Shown in pieces: positions 6,474 through 14,887 of a stretch of 16,934 nt of DNA; position 1 is the stretch's first letter; each line of letters begins with the position of its first letter. The DNA lies in NCBI GenBank assembly GCA_038208905.1, contig JBBQYG010000082.1:1-16934 (forward strand), in the 5' to 3' direction. A model generated the notes under the pieces. It saw nothing but the letters and a program-made list of their open reading frames with translations, did no database searches and had not been told where the DNA came from. This DNA is from Candidatus Sumerlaeia bacterium (GTDB taxonomy: Bacteria; Sumerlaeota; Sumerlaeia; SLMS01). Position numbers and translations under genes: made by a program.

Positions 6474-7733
6474 TCAGGGATTGAGGAGGCTGGGAATCGG
6501 AAGGGTGCTCCCTGACGCTTCGGGCTCGCCAACCGAAGGCGAGGTATCCGAATCCGCGGCGGATGGCTCCGGCGCGGCGGGAAGTTCCTTTAGGTAGTAC
6601 TCGTTGCGGCGAGTCAGCCGGTCATTGATGAACACGGGGATCTGATAGGCCCACCCCGCCGCGAGCGCGTTGAGGTCGGCGGCTTCCTTTGCGATCTTGT
6701 CCTTGTCGATTAGGTTGGCGGTGATCTGCGGCGGCTTCGCGCCCTCCGAATCGCCCGCGGCGGCCATGGCGGCGTTCGCCTCCTCGGCCTCCTTCGTGCG
6801 GCGCTCGTTCTCCGTGTCGATCCAGGTGCCGTCGGCATTTGCCTGAATCGTCGTCCACTTCTTGTCGTCCTTGAGGTAGTGGGCGGCGAGGATTTTCAGG
6901 CCGTCGAAGGTCTCGATGGTGTTCGTCGCGGTGGGAATGACGGGTAGCTCGAGGTCGAGGTGCTTCGCCACGTCGTCGAGCTGGATGGTCCCGAGCACTC
7001 GGGAGAAATCCGATGCCATGAATTGGCTCTTGAGCTCGCGGCCTTCCGGCATGGTTTCGATGGTGAACTCCTTGATGCTGTCATTCTTCCGCGTCGCAAA
7101 GACGCGCTCGCCATCCCCGTGCACAATTTCCACCGACTTGATGCGGTCCTGAGGGATGTCTATTATCTGACGCTGTGCCCATTGGTTCTTCTCGATGGGC
7201 GGCGTGGAACTCCCCTTCACGAGCCAGACCTGGTTGTCGCCCACCTTGCGCACGTACTGGTGGGGCTCCTCGTAGGCCGCATACTCGGACTTGCCGAGGA
7301 TCGCTTCGGCCACGACTTTGCCGGTGGAGTCGGTGAGCTTGACGAGGCGCGAGGCGCTGCCCTCGACGGACGAAGGCTCTCGCACCTCGAGGGTTTCGAA
7401 GTTGTCGGGATTGCTGGTTTTTGCCTCGACCTTCTCCATGTTGGCCAAGTCGAGGATCGCCTTGCGGACGGCTTCCATGCTGGCGGGATAGCCGTTGTGG
7501 CCCTCGCTGACCCAGGACTCGCCGCTGCGCACGGTGGTCATCGTCACGGATCCCGCCGTCACGTCGATGCGGGCGATGTCGTTGGCCTGATCGATGAGGC
7601 CAGGGTAGAGTTTTTCCTTCGCCGCCGGAACCACGGCGTCGGCGGTGGATTGCGTCTTGGGGCTGACGGCGATGGCGGCCACCAGCACGATCAGCGCGAT
7701 GGACCCCATCAGGATCAGTGTTTTCTTGTTCAT
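6474..7733 (-). CDS. DUF4340-like membrane-anchored periplasmic protein (419 aa), last gene of the Gld-like ABC module
   Basis: Start ATG 7733 with RBS GGGGAG. N-terminal TM MNKKTLILMGSIALIVLVAAIAV. Motifs W...GYPA, KTSNP..F..LEV, ILGK, YVRK..DNQVWLV, TFDGL and GWAYQIP. Canonical position after a GldG-like gene. Confidence 0.8.
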   Translation of the reverse strand: MNKKTLILMGSIALIVLVAAIAVSPKTQSTADAVVPAAKEKLYPGLIDQANDIARIDVTAGSVTMTTVRSGESWVSEGHNGYPASMEAVRKAILDLANMEKVEAKTSNPDNFETLEVREPSSVEGSASRLVKLTDSTGKVVAEAILGKSEYAAYEEPHQYVRKVGDNQVWLVKGSSTPPIEKNQWAQRQIIDIPQDRIKSVEIVHGDGERVFATRKNDSIKEFTIETMPEGRELKSQFMASDFSRVLGTIQLDDVAKHLDLELPVIPTATNTIETFDGLKILAAHYLKDDKKWTTIQANADGTWIDTENERRTKEAEEANAAMAAAGDSEGAKPPQITANLIDKDKIAKEAADLNALAAGWAYQIPVFINDRLTRRNEYYLKELPAAPEPSAADSDTSPSVGEPEASGSTLPIPSLLNP

Positions 7734-7755
7734 GGTCGGTCTCCCCGTGTCGGTT

Positions 7756-9651
7756 CTAGCGGCGGCGACGGCGCGCCTTGAGCGTGCCGAGCGTGACGGC
7801 CACAATCCCGACGAAGATCGGAATAAGGCCGATGTTGATGATCTTGATGTTGGAGGAAAGGCGCTCCACATCGCGGCGTAGCGACAGATTCAGGCGGCGC
7901 AGTTCGCGATTGGTATTCACTTCTTCGAGGCGCGCCTTCTCGATCTCTTCCCGCAACTGAGAGCTGGCGATCATGGCGCCGCCTTCCTCCGGGGCCTTCT
8001 GCTGGAGCTCGCGCAGGCGGGTTTGCGCCGCCGTGAGCTTCTCCTCCAGCTCCTTCATCTTGTCGGAGGCCTGTGCGCGTGCCTTGCGCTCCATCTCTTC
8101 GACAACCACGAAGGGCCTGCTGAACTTGCCGCGGCCGCGGATGCTGATCAGGTCGGTGCTGCCGCCAAGATGATCGACCATGTTCACCGCGAGGTCGCCG
8201 TTGCTCGCAAACACATTGGGAATCTGGAGGTTCATGATCCGCTGGATCTGCACCCAGCTTGCGTCGGTCAGCAGGTCCACGTCGGAAAAAATCGCGACGT
8301 TGATCGGCTCCTTGGATTCCGTAAGCCACTCCTTCTTCTCTGCCCCCTCGGCGGCGGGCGCGTTCGCCTCGTCAGGATACGCCGTCTTGGCCGGGCCCGT
8401 GATCAGCGCGGCGATTGTCTGCTTCTCGCCGCTGGGCTTGAAGTCGGTGAGCATTTTCTTGAAGTCGGGGAACATTTGGGCGGAACTGGCATCGACCAGT
8501 TCGCTGTCGGTCGTCGTCTGGAGAATCGGCGAGAATTTTGTCGTGGCGCCTGAGACCGCCTTGAGCGCGCCCGCCAGGACGACATTCTCTTTCTCGAGCT
8601 GGCCGCTAAACGGAAGCTCGCGATTGATGTCCTCGGCCGTTAGACCCATGTAGAGAACGGCGGGGACAATCTCTGGACGCTGGCGCTGGCCGACCTGGAC
8701 CTCGATGGCGCGGGTGCGGTCGCCAACCACTTTTCCAGCGACCAACTCCACGCCCCAAGCCTTGAACAGCTCGGGAAGATCGGAGTTCTTCGGCGCCATC
8801 ATCGCTTGCATCGGATTCTGTGGGTTGGGTGGAGGCCTGTCCGCATCGCACACCGGGTCCACGAAGACCAGCGCCTTGCCGCCGCCGAGCACGAACTGAT
8901 CGATACTCTTCTTCAGGTTGTCCGATAGGCTCTTGGGATGGACGACCATCAGCACGTCGGTCTCGGCGGGAAGTGCCTCCGCCGATTCGGCGACAACTTC
9001 CACGCTGTAGTTCTTCTGAAGCTCCGAATAGATGACCCAAGCGGGCTCGGGCTCTTCGCCGGAGAACATCGCCATCTGGTCGGGTGCGCCGCCCTGCATC
9101 GGCAGATTTGTGACGATCGCGATGCGGCGCTTCTTCGGATTGTCCAGATCGTGGATGAGCTGGGCGATGTCGTACTGGAGGAAGCGCTCCTTGTCCTGCA
9201 TGAAGAAGGGAATCGACTTCCGGCCATCGAGGGAGTTGATGCCCTGAAGCCCGAAGTAGATGCGCTCCGACGGAGAGATCGGGGCGCCCTGCAGCCCGGC
9301 GCGGACGGCGTTTTCCTCAGCTTCGGAGAAGGGCTCGGGGTCGATGACCTCCAACTTGATCTTGCCATTGGAAGCGGCGGCGAACTCGCCCAGCAACTCC
9401 TCGACGTTGCGCGCGTAGTCGGCGACCGTCGCCTGGCTGCGCGCCAGCTTGCGCGAGAAGTAGAACCGCAGAGTGATCGGTTCCTTCACCGATCCGGCAA
9501 TCTTGCGAGAGCCGTCGGCGAGCGTGTAGAGCTTGCCTTCGGTCAAGTCGATCCGAGTTCCGACAATCCGGTTGTTTGCGATGATATTGATGCCGATCAG
9601 CAGCACCACGGCCACGATAAGGCCGGTCGTTCCGATGAGTTTCTTGGACAT
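7756..9651 (-). CDS. GldG-like ABC-type uncharacterized transport system auxiliary protein
   Basis: N-terminal TM, RIDLTEGKLYTL, ITLRFYFS, IDPEPFSEAEE, IYFGL, IPFF...E.FLQYD, LMVVHPK, DQFVLGGGKALVFVDP, NGDL..N.VD.L.GS.DLISIR.RG...RPF, a C-terminal coiled coil and a second TM. Confidence 0.88.
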   Translation of the reverse strand: MSKKLIGTTGLIVAVVLLIGINIIANNRIVGTRIDLTEGKLYTLADGSRKIAGSVKEPITLRFYFSRKLARSQATVADYARNVEELLGEFAAASNGKIKLEVIDPEPFSEAEENAVRAGLQGAPISPSERIYFGLQGINSLDGRKSIPFFMQDKERFLQYDIAQLIHDLDNPKKRRIAIVTNLPMQGGAPDQMAMFSGEEPEPAWVIYSELQKNYSVEVVAESAEALPAETDVLMVVHPKSLSDNLKKSIDQFVLGGGKALVFVDPVCDADRPPPNPQNPMQAMMAPKNSDLPELFKAWGVELVAGKVVGDRTRAIEVQVGQRQRPEIVPAVLYMGLTAEDINRELPFSGQLEKENVVLAGALKAVSGATTKFSPILQTTTDSELVDASSAQMFPDFKKMLTDFKPSGEKQTIAALITGPAKTAYPDEANAPAAEGAEKKEWLTESKEPINVAIFSDVDLLTDASWVQIQRIMNLQIPNVFASNGDLAVNMVDHLGGSTDLISIRGRGKFSRPFVVVEEMERKARAQASDKMKELEEKLTAAQTRLRELQQKAPEEGGAMIASSQLREEIEKARLEEVNTNRELRRLNLSLRRDVERLSSNIKIINIGLIPIFVGIVAVTLGTLKARRRRR

Positions 9652-9663
9652 TGCGTGTTTCCC

Positions 9664-10398
9664 CTATTCCGCTTTCTTGAGTTCGACCATGATCGCGTTG
9701 GCGAACAGGAAGCAGAAGATCAACGACGCGAAGTAGATGATGCTCCTCATGTCGATGATCCCCTTGCCGATGGAGCTGAAGTTGGTCAGGAAGCTCATGC
9801 GGCTGATGGCGTCGATCACGGACTGCGGCGCCCAGCCCGAGAAAGCGTCGAGAACGACGCCGAATCCGGCCAGCACGAAGAGCAGCGAGACGACGACGCT
9901 CAGCACGAAGGCAATCACCTGATTCTTGGTCAACGAACTGATGAACGATCCGATCGCAAGGAATCCGCCGGCCATCAGAAGGCTTCCGATATATCCCGCG
10001 GCGATGACACCGTTATCCGGGTCGCCCAGATAGTTAACCGTGATCCACACGGGAAACGTCAGCACCAGTGCGATGCCGGCAAAGACCCACGCCGCCATGA
10101 ACTTTCCAATCACGGCGTGCTGCATCGAAATGGGAAGCGTCAGGAGAAGCTCGATGGTTCCCGACTTCCTCTCCTCCGACCACAGGCGCATCGTGATCGC
10201 CGGAATCAGGAAGAGGTAGAGCCACGGGTGAAAGCCGAAGAAGGACTCCAGGCTGGCCTGCCCGCGCTCGAAGAATCCGCCGATGCTGAACGTGAAAATT
10301 CCCGTCAGGAACAGGAAGATCACGATAAACACATAGGCGACTGGCGTGATGAAGTAGCTGGCAAGCTCGCGCTTGAAGATGATCCAGATTTTGTCCAT
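9664..10398 (-). CDS. ABC-2 type transporter permease (GldF-like)
   Basis: IFKRELASYF.TPVAYVF, PAITMRLWSEERKSGTIELLLTLP, GKF, SSLTKNQVIAF; about six hydrophobic segments. Confidence 0.93.
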   Translation of the reverse strand: MDKIWIIFKRELASYFITPVAYVFIVIFLFLTGIFTFSIGGFFERGQASLESFFGFHPWLYLFLIPAITMRLWSEERKSGTIELLLTLPISMQHAVIGKFMAAWVFAGIALVLTFPVWITVNYLGDPDNGVIAAGYIGSLLMAGGFLAIGSFISSLTKNQVIAFVLSVVVSLLFVLAGFGVVLDAFSGWAPQSVIDAISRMSFLTNFSSIGKGIIDMRSIIYFASLIFCFLFANAIMVELKKAE

Positions 10399-10402
10399 GG
10401 TC

Positions 10403-11362
10403 TCAGGTCTCCCGTCCGGCCTTGGCGGTGGCGTCCTTCGTTAGCGAGCGGAACACCTCGTCGAGGCGCCCGGTCTCTTCGCGGATCTCCTCCAATTCGA
10501 TCTTCTCGTCGCGCGCAAACTGGCTGACCGCGGCAAGGATCGACTCGCCCTTGCGCGGCGCGATGCGATAGCTGACGCTGCCGTTGGGCGTGCCGATTTC
10601 CTCCACCGAGCTGACGGTGGGAATCTGCGAGAGCCGCTTCCGTGCTTCGCCCGCGGCACTCCCCTTGATGCGGACGAAGACGGCGTTGTGATTGACATCG
10701 CGCGCCTGAAGCTCGGCGGGGGTGCCATCGGCGATGACCTTCCCCGCGGCGATGATGATCGCGCGCGTGCAGACGGCTTCAACTTCCTCGAGGATATGCG
10801 TGGAGAGCAGAATCGCCTTCTCCTTCGACATTTCCTTGATGAGGTTGCGCACTTCGAATTTCTGGTTGGGGTCGAGACCGTCCGTGGGCTCGTCCATGAT
10901 AAGAACCGGCGGATCGTGCAGGATCGCCTGGGCGAGACCCACGCGCCGCTTGAAGCCTTTCGAGAGGTTCTCGATAGGGACGTAGAGGTGCGATTCGAGG
11001 CTCGTCTTGCCGATGGCCTCGTCCACCCGGCGGCGCAACTCCGCGCCGCGGTAGCCACGGATCTGGGCGATGAAGTTGAGGAAGGAATAGGGCGACATGT
11101 CCGAGTAGGCGGGTGCGCCCTCGGGAAGGTAGCCCAACTGCTTTTTCGCCTCGATGGGATCCGTCTGGATATCGTGGCCGCATATCGCCGCGGTCCCCGA
11201 CGTGGGATTCAGGAATCCCGCGACCATCTTCATGGTCGTGGACTTTCCCGCCCCGTTGGGGCCGAGAAAGCCGAGAACTTCCCCCTTTGAAACAGTGAAG
11301 CTCACTTCGTCAACGGCGACGAAGCCGCCAAACTGCTTCCGGAGTTTACGGATCTCGATCAT
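10403..11362 (-). CDS. ABC transporter ATP-binding protein (GldA-like, 319 aa)
   Basis: Start ATG 11362 with AAGGAG RBS. Walker A GPNGAGKST, signature LSKGF, Walker B VLIMDEPT, H-loop LSTH. Confidence 0.95.
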   Translation of the reverse strand: MIEIRKLRKQFGGFVAVDEVSFTVSKGEVLGFLGPNGAGKSTTMKMVAGFLNPTSGTAAICGHDIQTDPIEAKKQLGYLPEGAPAYSDMSPYSFLNFIAQIRGYRGAELRRRVDEAIGKTSLESHLYVPIENLSKGFKRRVGLAQAILHDPPVLIMDEPTDGLDPNQKFEVRNLIKEMSKEKAILLSTHILEEVEAVCTRAIIIAAGKVIADGTPAELQARDVNHNAVFVRIKGSAAGEARKRLSQIPTVSSVEEIGTPNGSVSYRIAPRKGESILAAVSQFARDEKIELEEIREETGRLDEVFRSLTKDATAKAGRET

Positions 11363-11597
11363 GTTGAAAATAGACTCCTTTCGCTCCTGTAAGTATCGCG
11401 TGGCGCCTGACGTACGGGCATCCTGACAGCGGATTCGTCCGTTGGGTTTGGCCGAAAAAGCCCTTTCCCTACCCCGTGCAGGTCCGAACCCAAGGCGCAG
11501 TGACTCAGGAGGGTCAAGCCGCATACTCGGGGGAAACTCCTGCCAGATAAGGACACAGACTCTATTTGACACACTCACCCGCTCGCGGCGCCGACCG

Positions 11598-12566
11598 TCA
11601 CTCGGCGGTGGCAGCCCGAGACAAGCGATCACGGATGGCCTCCCAGCCCTCGCCATCCGGAAGCCCTTGCACCTCGATCGCCTCCGCCCCGCTGGTTTCC
11701 CCCCGGCGAAGGGCCCAGTAGAGCCAGCGGGCGGCCTCCGTGGGAGTGCGCGGCAAGACGATCCCGGCGTCGGTTTCCTCCAGCCGGTCGCCAAATCTGA
11801 TTCGAAACGCGTTGCTTTCCGCGTCGCTGTCGCCGCCCAACCGCAGCGGCACTTGCGGCGCATAGTGCCTCGGCATCATCCCGGGGGACCGCAGTGCTCC
11901 TCCACCGCCATCCCCCGCGCAGCGGACCTCGACACCCAGCAACGCCGACAATTCCCCGCGCCCGATGCGACCGGGCCTCAGGATCGCCGGCACGTCGCCG
12001 GTCACGTCGATCACGGTGGACTCGATCCCCACTGTGCAGGCGCCGCCGTCCAGCACCGCGTCGATGAGGCCGTCGAGGGAGTCGAGGACGGCTTCCGCCG
12101 TCGTGGGCGAAATCCGGTTGCTGGCATTGGCACTCGGCGCAGCGAGGGGAAGCCCGCTCTCGCGAAGGAGCCGCAGCGCGAGCGGATGCGCGGGCACCCT
12201 CAGCCCGACCGTGTCACCCCCGGCGAGTACCGACGCCGCGAGGCCGAGCCCCGCCGGAACAACGATCGTGAGCGGCCCCGGCCAGAATCGCGCGGCCAGT
12301 TTCTCCGCCATCGCGTTCCACTCCCCCGCCAAGGCGCGGGCGCCTACAACATCCGGGACATGGACGATCAGCGGATTGTGGGACGGGCGGCCCTTCGCAT
12401 GGTAGACGCGGGCCACGGCCTCGTCGCTCCGCGCATCGGCGCCGAGGCCATAGACGGTCTCCGTGGGGAACGCCACGAGGCGACCAGTGCGGAGGATTTC
12501 GATGGCGCGCGCGACGGCGTCCACGGCGTAGGCGGGAGTGGTCGCATCGAGGAGGATGGTCTGCAT
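11598..12566 (-). CDS. sua5: L-threonylcarbamoyladenylate synthase, Sua5 type (YrdC domain plus SUA5 C-terminal domain)
   Basis: VAFPTETVYGLGA, KGRPSHNPLIVH, FWPGPLT, LAAPSAN, GIESTVID, ILRPG, and Sua5 linker SPGMMPRHYAP. Confidence 0.95.
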   Translation of the reverse strand: MQTILLDATTPAYAVDAVARAIEILRTGRLVAFPTETVYGLGADARSDEAVARVYHAKGRPSHNPLIVHVPDVVGARALAGEWNAMAEKLAARFWPGPLTIVVPAGLGLAASVLAGGDTVGLRVPAHPLALRLLRESGLPLAAPSANASNRISPTTAEAVLDSLDGLIDAVLDGGACTVGIESTVIDVTGDVPAILRPGRIGRGELSALLGVEVRCAGDGGGGALRSPGMMPRHYAPQVPLRLGGDSDAESNAFRIRFGDRLEETDAGIVLPRTPTEAARWLYWALRRGETSGAEAIEVQGLPDGEGWEAIRDRLSRAATAE

Positions 12567-12707
12567 CGGGATTCCCTGAATCTGTGGCCGGCGCGAAGGG
12601 AGGCGGCGCGTTCCCCCTTGTCCCGGCGATGGTGGGGAGCATCATCGCCCCCGCAGCCCCGCCGCAAGGCGTTCCCGGCGTTGCCACCCCACCCCCGCGA
12701 GAACCGC

Positions 12708-13796
12708 ATGGACACGATCCTCAAGGAACGCCACCGCAAGCTCCGCGAGGCCCTTCGCCTGGAGGACCTTGACGCGATGGTCGTCCTTGACCGGACGAAT
12801 ACGCGCTACCTCACGGGCTTCGAGAGTTCCTATTCCATCCTGGCGATCGATCCTGGATCCGCCACTTTCATCACCGACCCGCGCTATGCCGAGGCCGCGG
12901 AGAAGGCGTTGCCGGGGTTCAAGGTCCTTGTTCAGCCGACGGAAAAGGTGAAGGAGTTCCTGCGTGGATTCTTTGCAGGACGCAAGTATTCGAGAGTAGG
13001 CCATGAGACCTCAATCGCGGTGGACGAGTTGGTCCAGCTCCGCTCGTATCTGCGCGGCGTCCGGCTCGTCAAGGCGGGGCAGCTCGTGGAGAACCTTCGC
13101 CGCGTCAAGGACGCGTCGGAAATTCGCATTATCCGCAAGGCAGTGTCCCTTGCCGACAAACTGATGGAGGTTGCCTTCTCCGCCATCGTCCCCGGCCAGA
13201 CCGAGGCGGAAATCAGCCGCGCGATCCGTTTCGGATCGGAAGAGATCGGCGGCGACCGCGAGTCCTTCGGGAACATCGTCGCGTCGGGGCCCAACTCCTC
13301 GCGCCCCCACCACCACCCGGGGTCGCGCCGCATCCGCAAGGGCGACATGGTGACGGTGGATCTGGGCGTGAAGTTCGGCGGCTATTGCTCCGACCTAACG
13401 CGAAATGCCTTTGTCGGCAAGCCGTCGAAGAAGTTGCAGGAGATTTTCGACGTGTGCCTCCTCGCGAATCAGGAGGCCACCAAGGGCCTCCGCCCCGGGA
13501 TGACCGGCAAGGAAGTGGACGCCATCGCGCGCGAGGTGATCGCCTCCGCAGGTTACGGCAAGTACTTTGGCCACGGCCTTGGGCATGGCGTTGGCCTCCA
13601 GATTCACGAGGAACCCCGCCTAAGCCCCCGCGCCGGGAACTACCGGCTGGAGCCGGGAAACATCGTCACCATCGAGCCGGGGATTTACCTCCCCGGCGTG
13701 GGCGGAGTTCGCGTCGAGGACTATGCGGTCGTTACCGAAAAGGGCGCCACCGTCCTCTCCAAATCTCCCCGCGAGTTGCGCATCCTGCGCGGCTAG
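12708..13796 (+). CDS. Xaa-Pro aminopeptidase / M24B peptidase (362 aa)
   Basis: Creatinase-N-like region (N.RYLTGF, FITDPRY) and pita-bread metal ligands VDLG..GYCSDLTR, GHGLGHGVGL.IHE, TIEPGIY, GVRVED. Real start MDTILKERH at 12708. Confidence 0.94.
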   Translation: MDTILKERHRKLREALRLEDLDAMVVLDRTNTRYLTGFESSYSILAIDPGSATFITDPRYAEAAEKALPGFKVLVQPTEKVKEFLRGFFAGRKYSRVGHETSIAVDELVQLRSYLRGVRLVKAGQLVENLRRVKDASEIRIIRKAVSLADKLMEVAFSAIVPGQTEAEISRAIRFGSEEIGGDRESFGNIVASGPNSSRPHHHPGSRRIRKGDMVTVDLGVKFGGYCSDLTRNAFVGKPSKKLQEIFDVCLLANQEATKGLRPGMTGKEVDAIAREVIASAGYGKYFGHGLGHGVGLQIHEEPRLSPRAGNYRLEPGNIVTIEPGIYLPGVGGVRVEDYAVVTEKGATVLSKSPRELRILRG

Positions 13797-13820
13797 CGAA
13801 TCTTTCAAGGATACCTCCCC

Positions 13821-14192
13821 ATGCCACACGTTGTCATCAAGGGCCCCATTTCCGTCGAGGACGTCTGGCTCGCCTTCACGCCCCTGGAGTTCGCCGAGGG
13901 CGGAGTGCGCTTCAAGGCGGAGGAAGCACTGCTCTCACGAGACAAGCAGGCAGTCGTCATCCGCAGCCTCGTGATCGAGCGCGGATTCGTGAAGTGCTTC
14001 CTTGTCCGCATGGCCCAGCGCGAAGGCGGCGGCGAATTCACGATCACGTTGGACAAACTGACCCGCCCCGAACTGAGCGACGGCGTGAAGCGCATCCTCG
14101 GGCTCTATGCATGGCAGATTCTCTCTTCGGAGCCACAGGCAAGCGTCGGCGCGACCAATATCCCCGATCTGATCGGCGCGCCGAAGTCGTGA
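13821..14192 (+). CDS. Hypothetical protein (123 aa)
   Basis: Fills the gap between the peptidase and trmB, AAGGA upstream, G/C-ending codon bias, and its TGA overlaps the trmB GTG (GTGA 14189-14192). No motif recognised. Confidence 0.8.
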   Translation: MPHVVIKGPISVEDVWLAFTPLEFAEGGVRFKAEEALLSRDKQAVVIRSLVIERGFVKCFLVRMAQREGGGEFTITLDKLTRPELSDGVKRILGLYAWQILSSEPQASVGATNIPDLIGAPKS

Positions 14193-14848
14193 CCTCTCCG
14201 CTTCCGCCCAATGAATGCACGCCCGCGCTCCAGCCCTCGCCCCTCGGCGGATGGGACTTGGAGGTGCGGCTCCCCGACCTTGCCAAGCCGCTGGATTTCG
14301 CCGCAATTTTTGGCCGCGAGGCGCGGACAGAGATCGAGATCGGATCCGGTAGCGGCGTGTTTCTCTCCACCGAGGCGGCCCGCCGCCCCGACGTGAACTT
14401 CCTCGCCATCGAGGTCGAGGGGAGCGAGGTCAAGCGCGCCAAGGACAAGTGGCGCCGCCGCGACCTTCCGAACACGCGCATCCTGCGTTGCGACGCCCTC
14501 TATTTTCTGGAGGACTACCCCGCCGACGCCTCGGTGGATGCGTATATCATTCTATACAGTGACCCCTGGCCCAAGAAGCGTCACCACAAGCGCCGCCTCT
14601 TCCAGCCCCGGCTGCTGCCCATCCTGCGGCGCACCCTCAAGCCCGGCGCCCCCCTTACGATCAAGACCGACGTAACGGAATACTACGAGGTCATGATCGA
14701 GCTCTTCCGAGGCGCCGATTTCCTCGAACTGGAATTCGACCGCAGGCTCGATCACGATCCAGTGACGGACGACATCGAGACGAATTTCCAGCAAAAGGCG
14801 CGCGAGAAGGGGCATCCGCTGCACTTCATGCGGTATCGGCGGCGGTAG
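14189..14848 (+). CDS. trmB: tRNA (guanine(46)-N7)-methyltransferase TrmB
   Basis: EIEIGSGSG, NFLAIEV, CDA, DPWPKKRHHKRRL, IKTD..Y and TNFQQK motifs. GTG start at 14189 overlaps the upstream stop. Confidence 0.93.
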   Translation: MTSPLPPNECTPALQPSPLGGWDLEVRLPDLAKPLDFAAIFGREARTEIEIGSGSGVFLSTEAARRPDVNFLAIEVEGSEVKRAKDKWRRRDLPNTRILRCDALYFLEDYPADASVDAYIILYSDPWPKKRHHKRRLFQPRLLPILRRTLKPGAPLTIKTDVTEYYEVMIELFRGADFLELEFDRRLDHDPVTDDIETNFQQKAREKGHPLHFMRYRRR

Positions 14849-14887
14849 CGCTTGCCTCCCGTCCGCCAGCCCGGGTCTGCTTCCGCC

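Noticed and set aside
11470-11500. CAGGTCCG resembling the SRP RNA core
   Set aside because: The required GAAGGAAGCAG continuation and helix are absent.
11363-11863. N-terminal extension of the ABC ATPase (486-aa ORF)
   Set aside because: Overlaps sua5 and the intergenic region. The AAGGAG RBS and MIEIRKLRK start identify ATG 11362.
12625-12649. Hairpin ggcgatggtg/catcatcgcc in the divergent sua5-peptidase gap
   Set aside because: It lies between two 5' ends with no U-tract and no second copy, so no function can be supported.
11442-12707. Apparent 422-aa N-terminal extension of the M24 peptidase (784-aa ORF)
   Set aside because: It is the antisense shadow of sua5 running in frame into the peptidase. 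Peptidase homology begins at ATG 12708.
13385-14188. Apparent N-terminal extension of trmB (487-aa ORF)
   Set aside because: Overlaps the peptidase and the 123-aa gene out of frame and is Arg/Pro-rich noise. The GTGA-coupled start at 14189 gives a normal-length TrmB.
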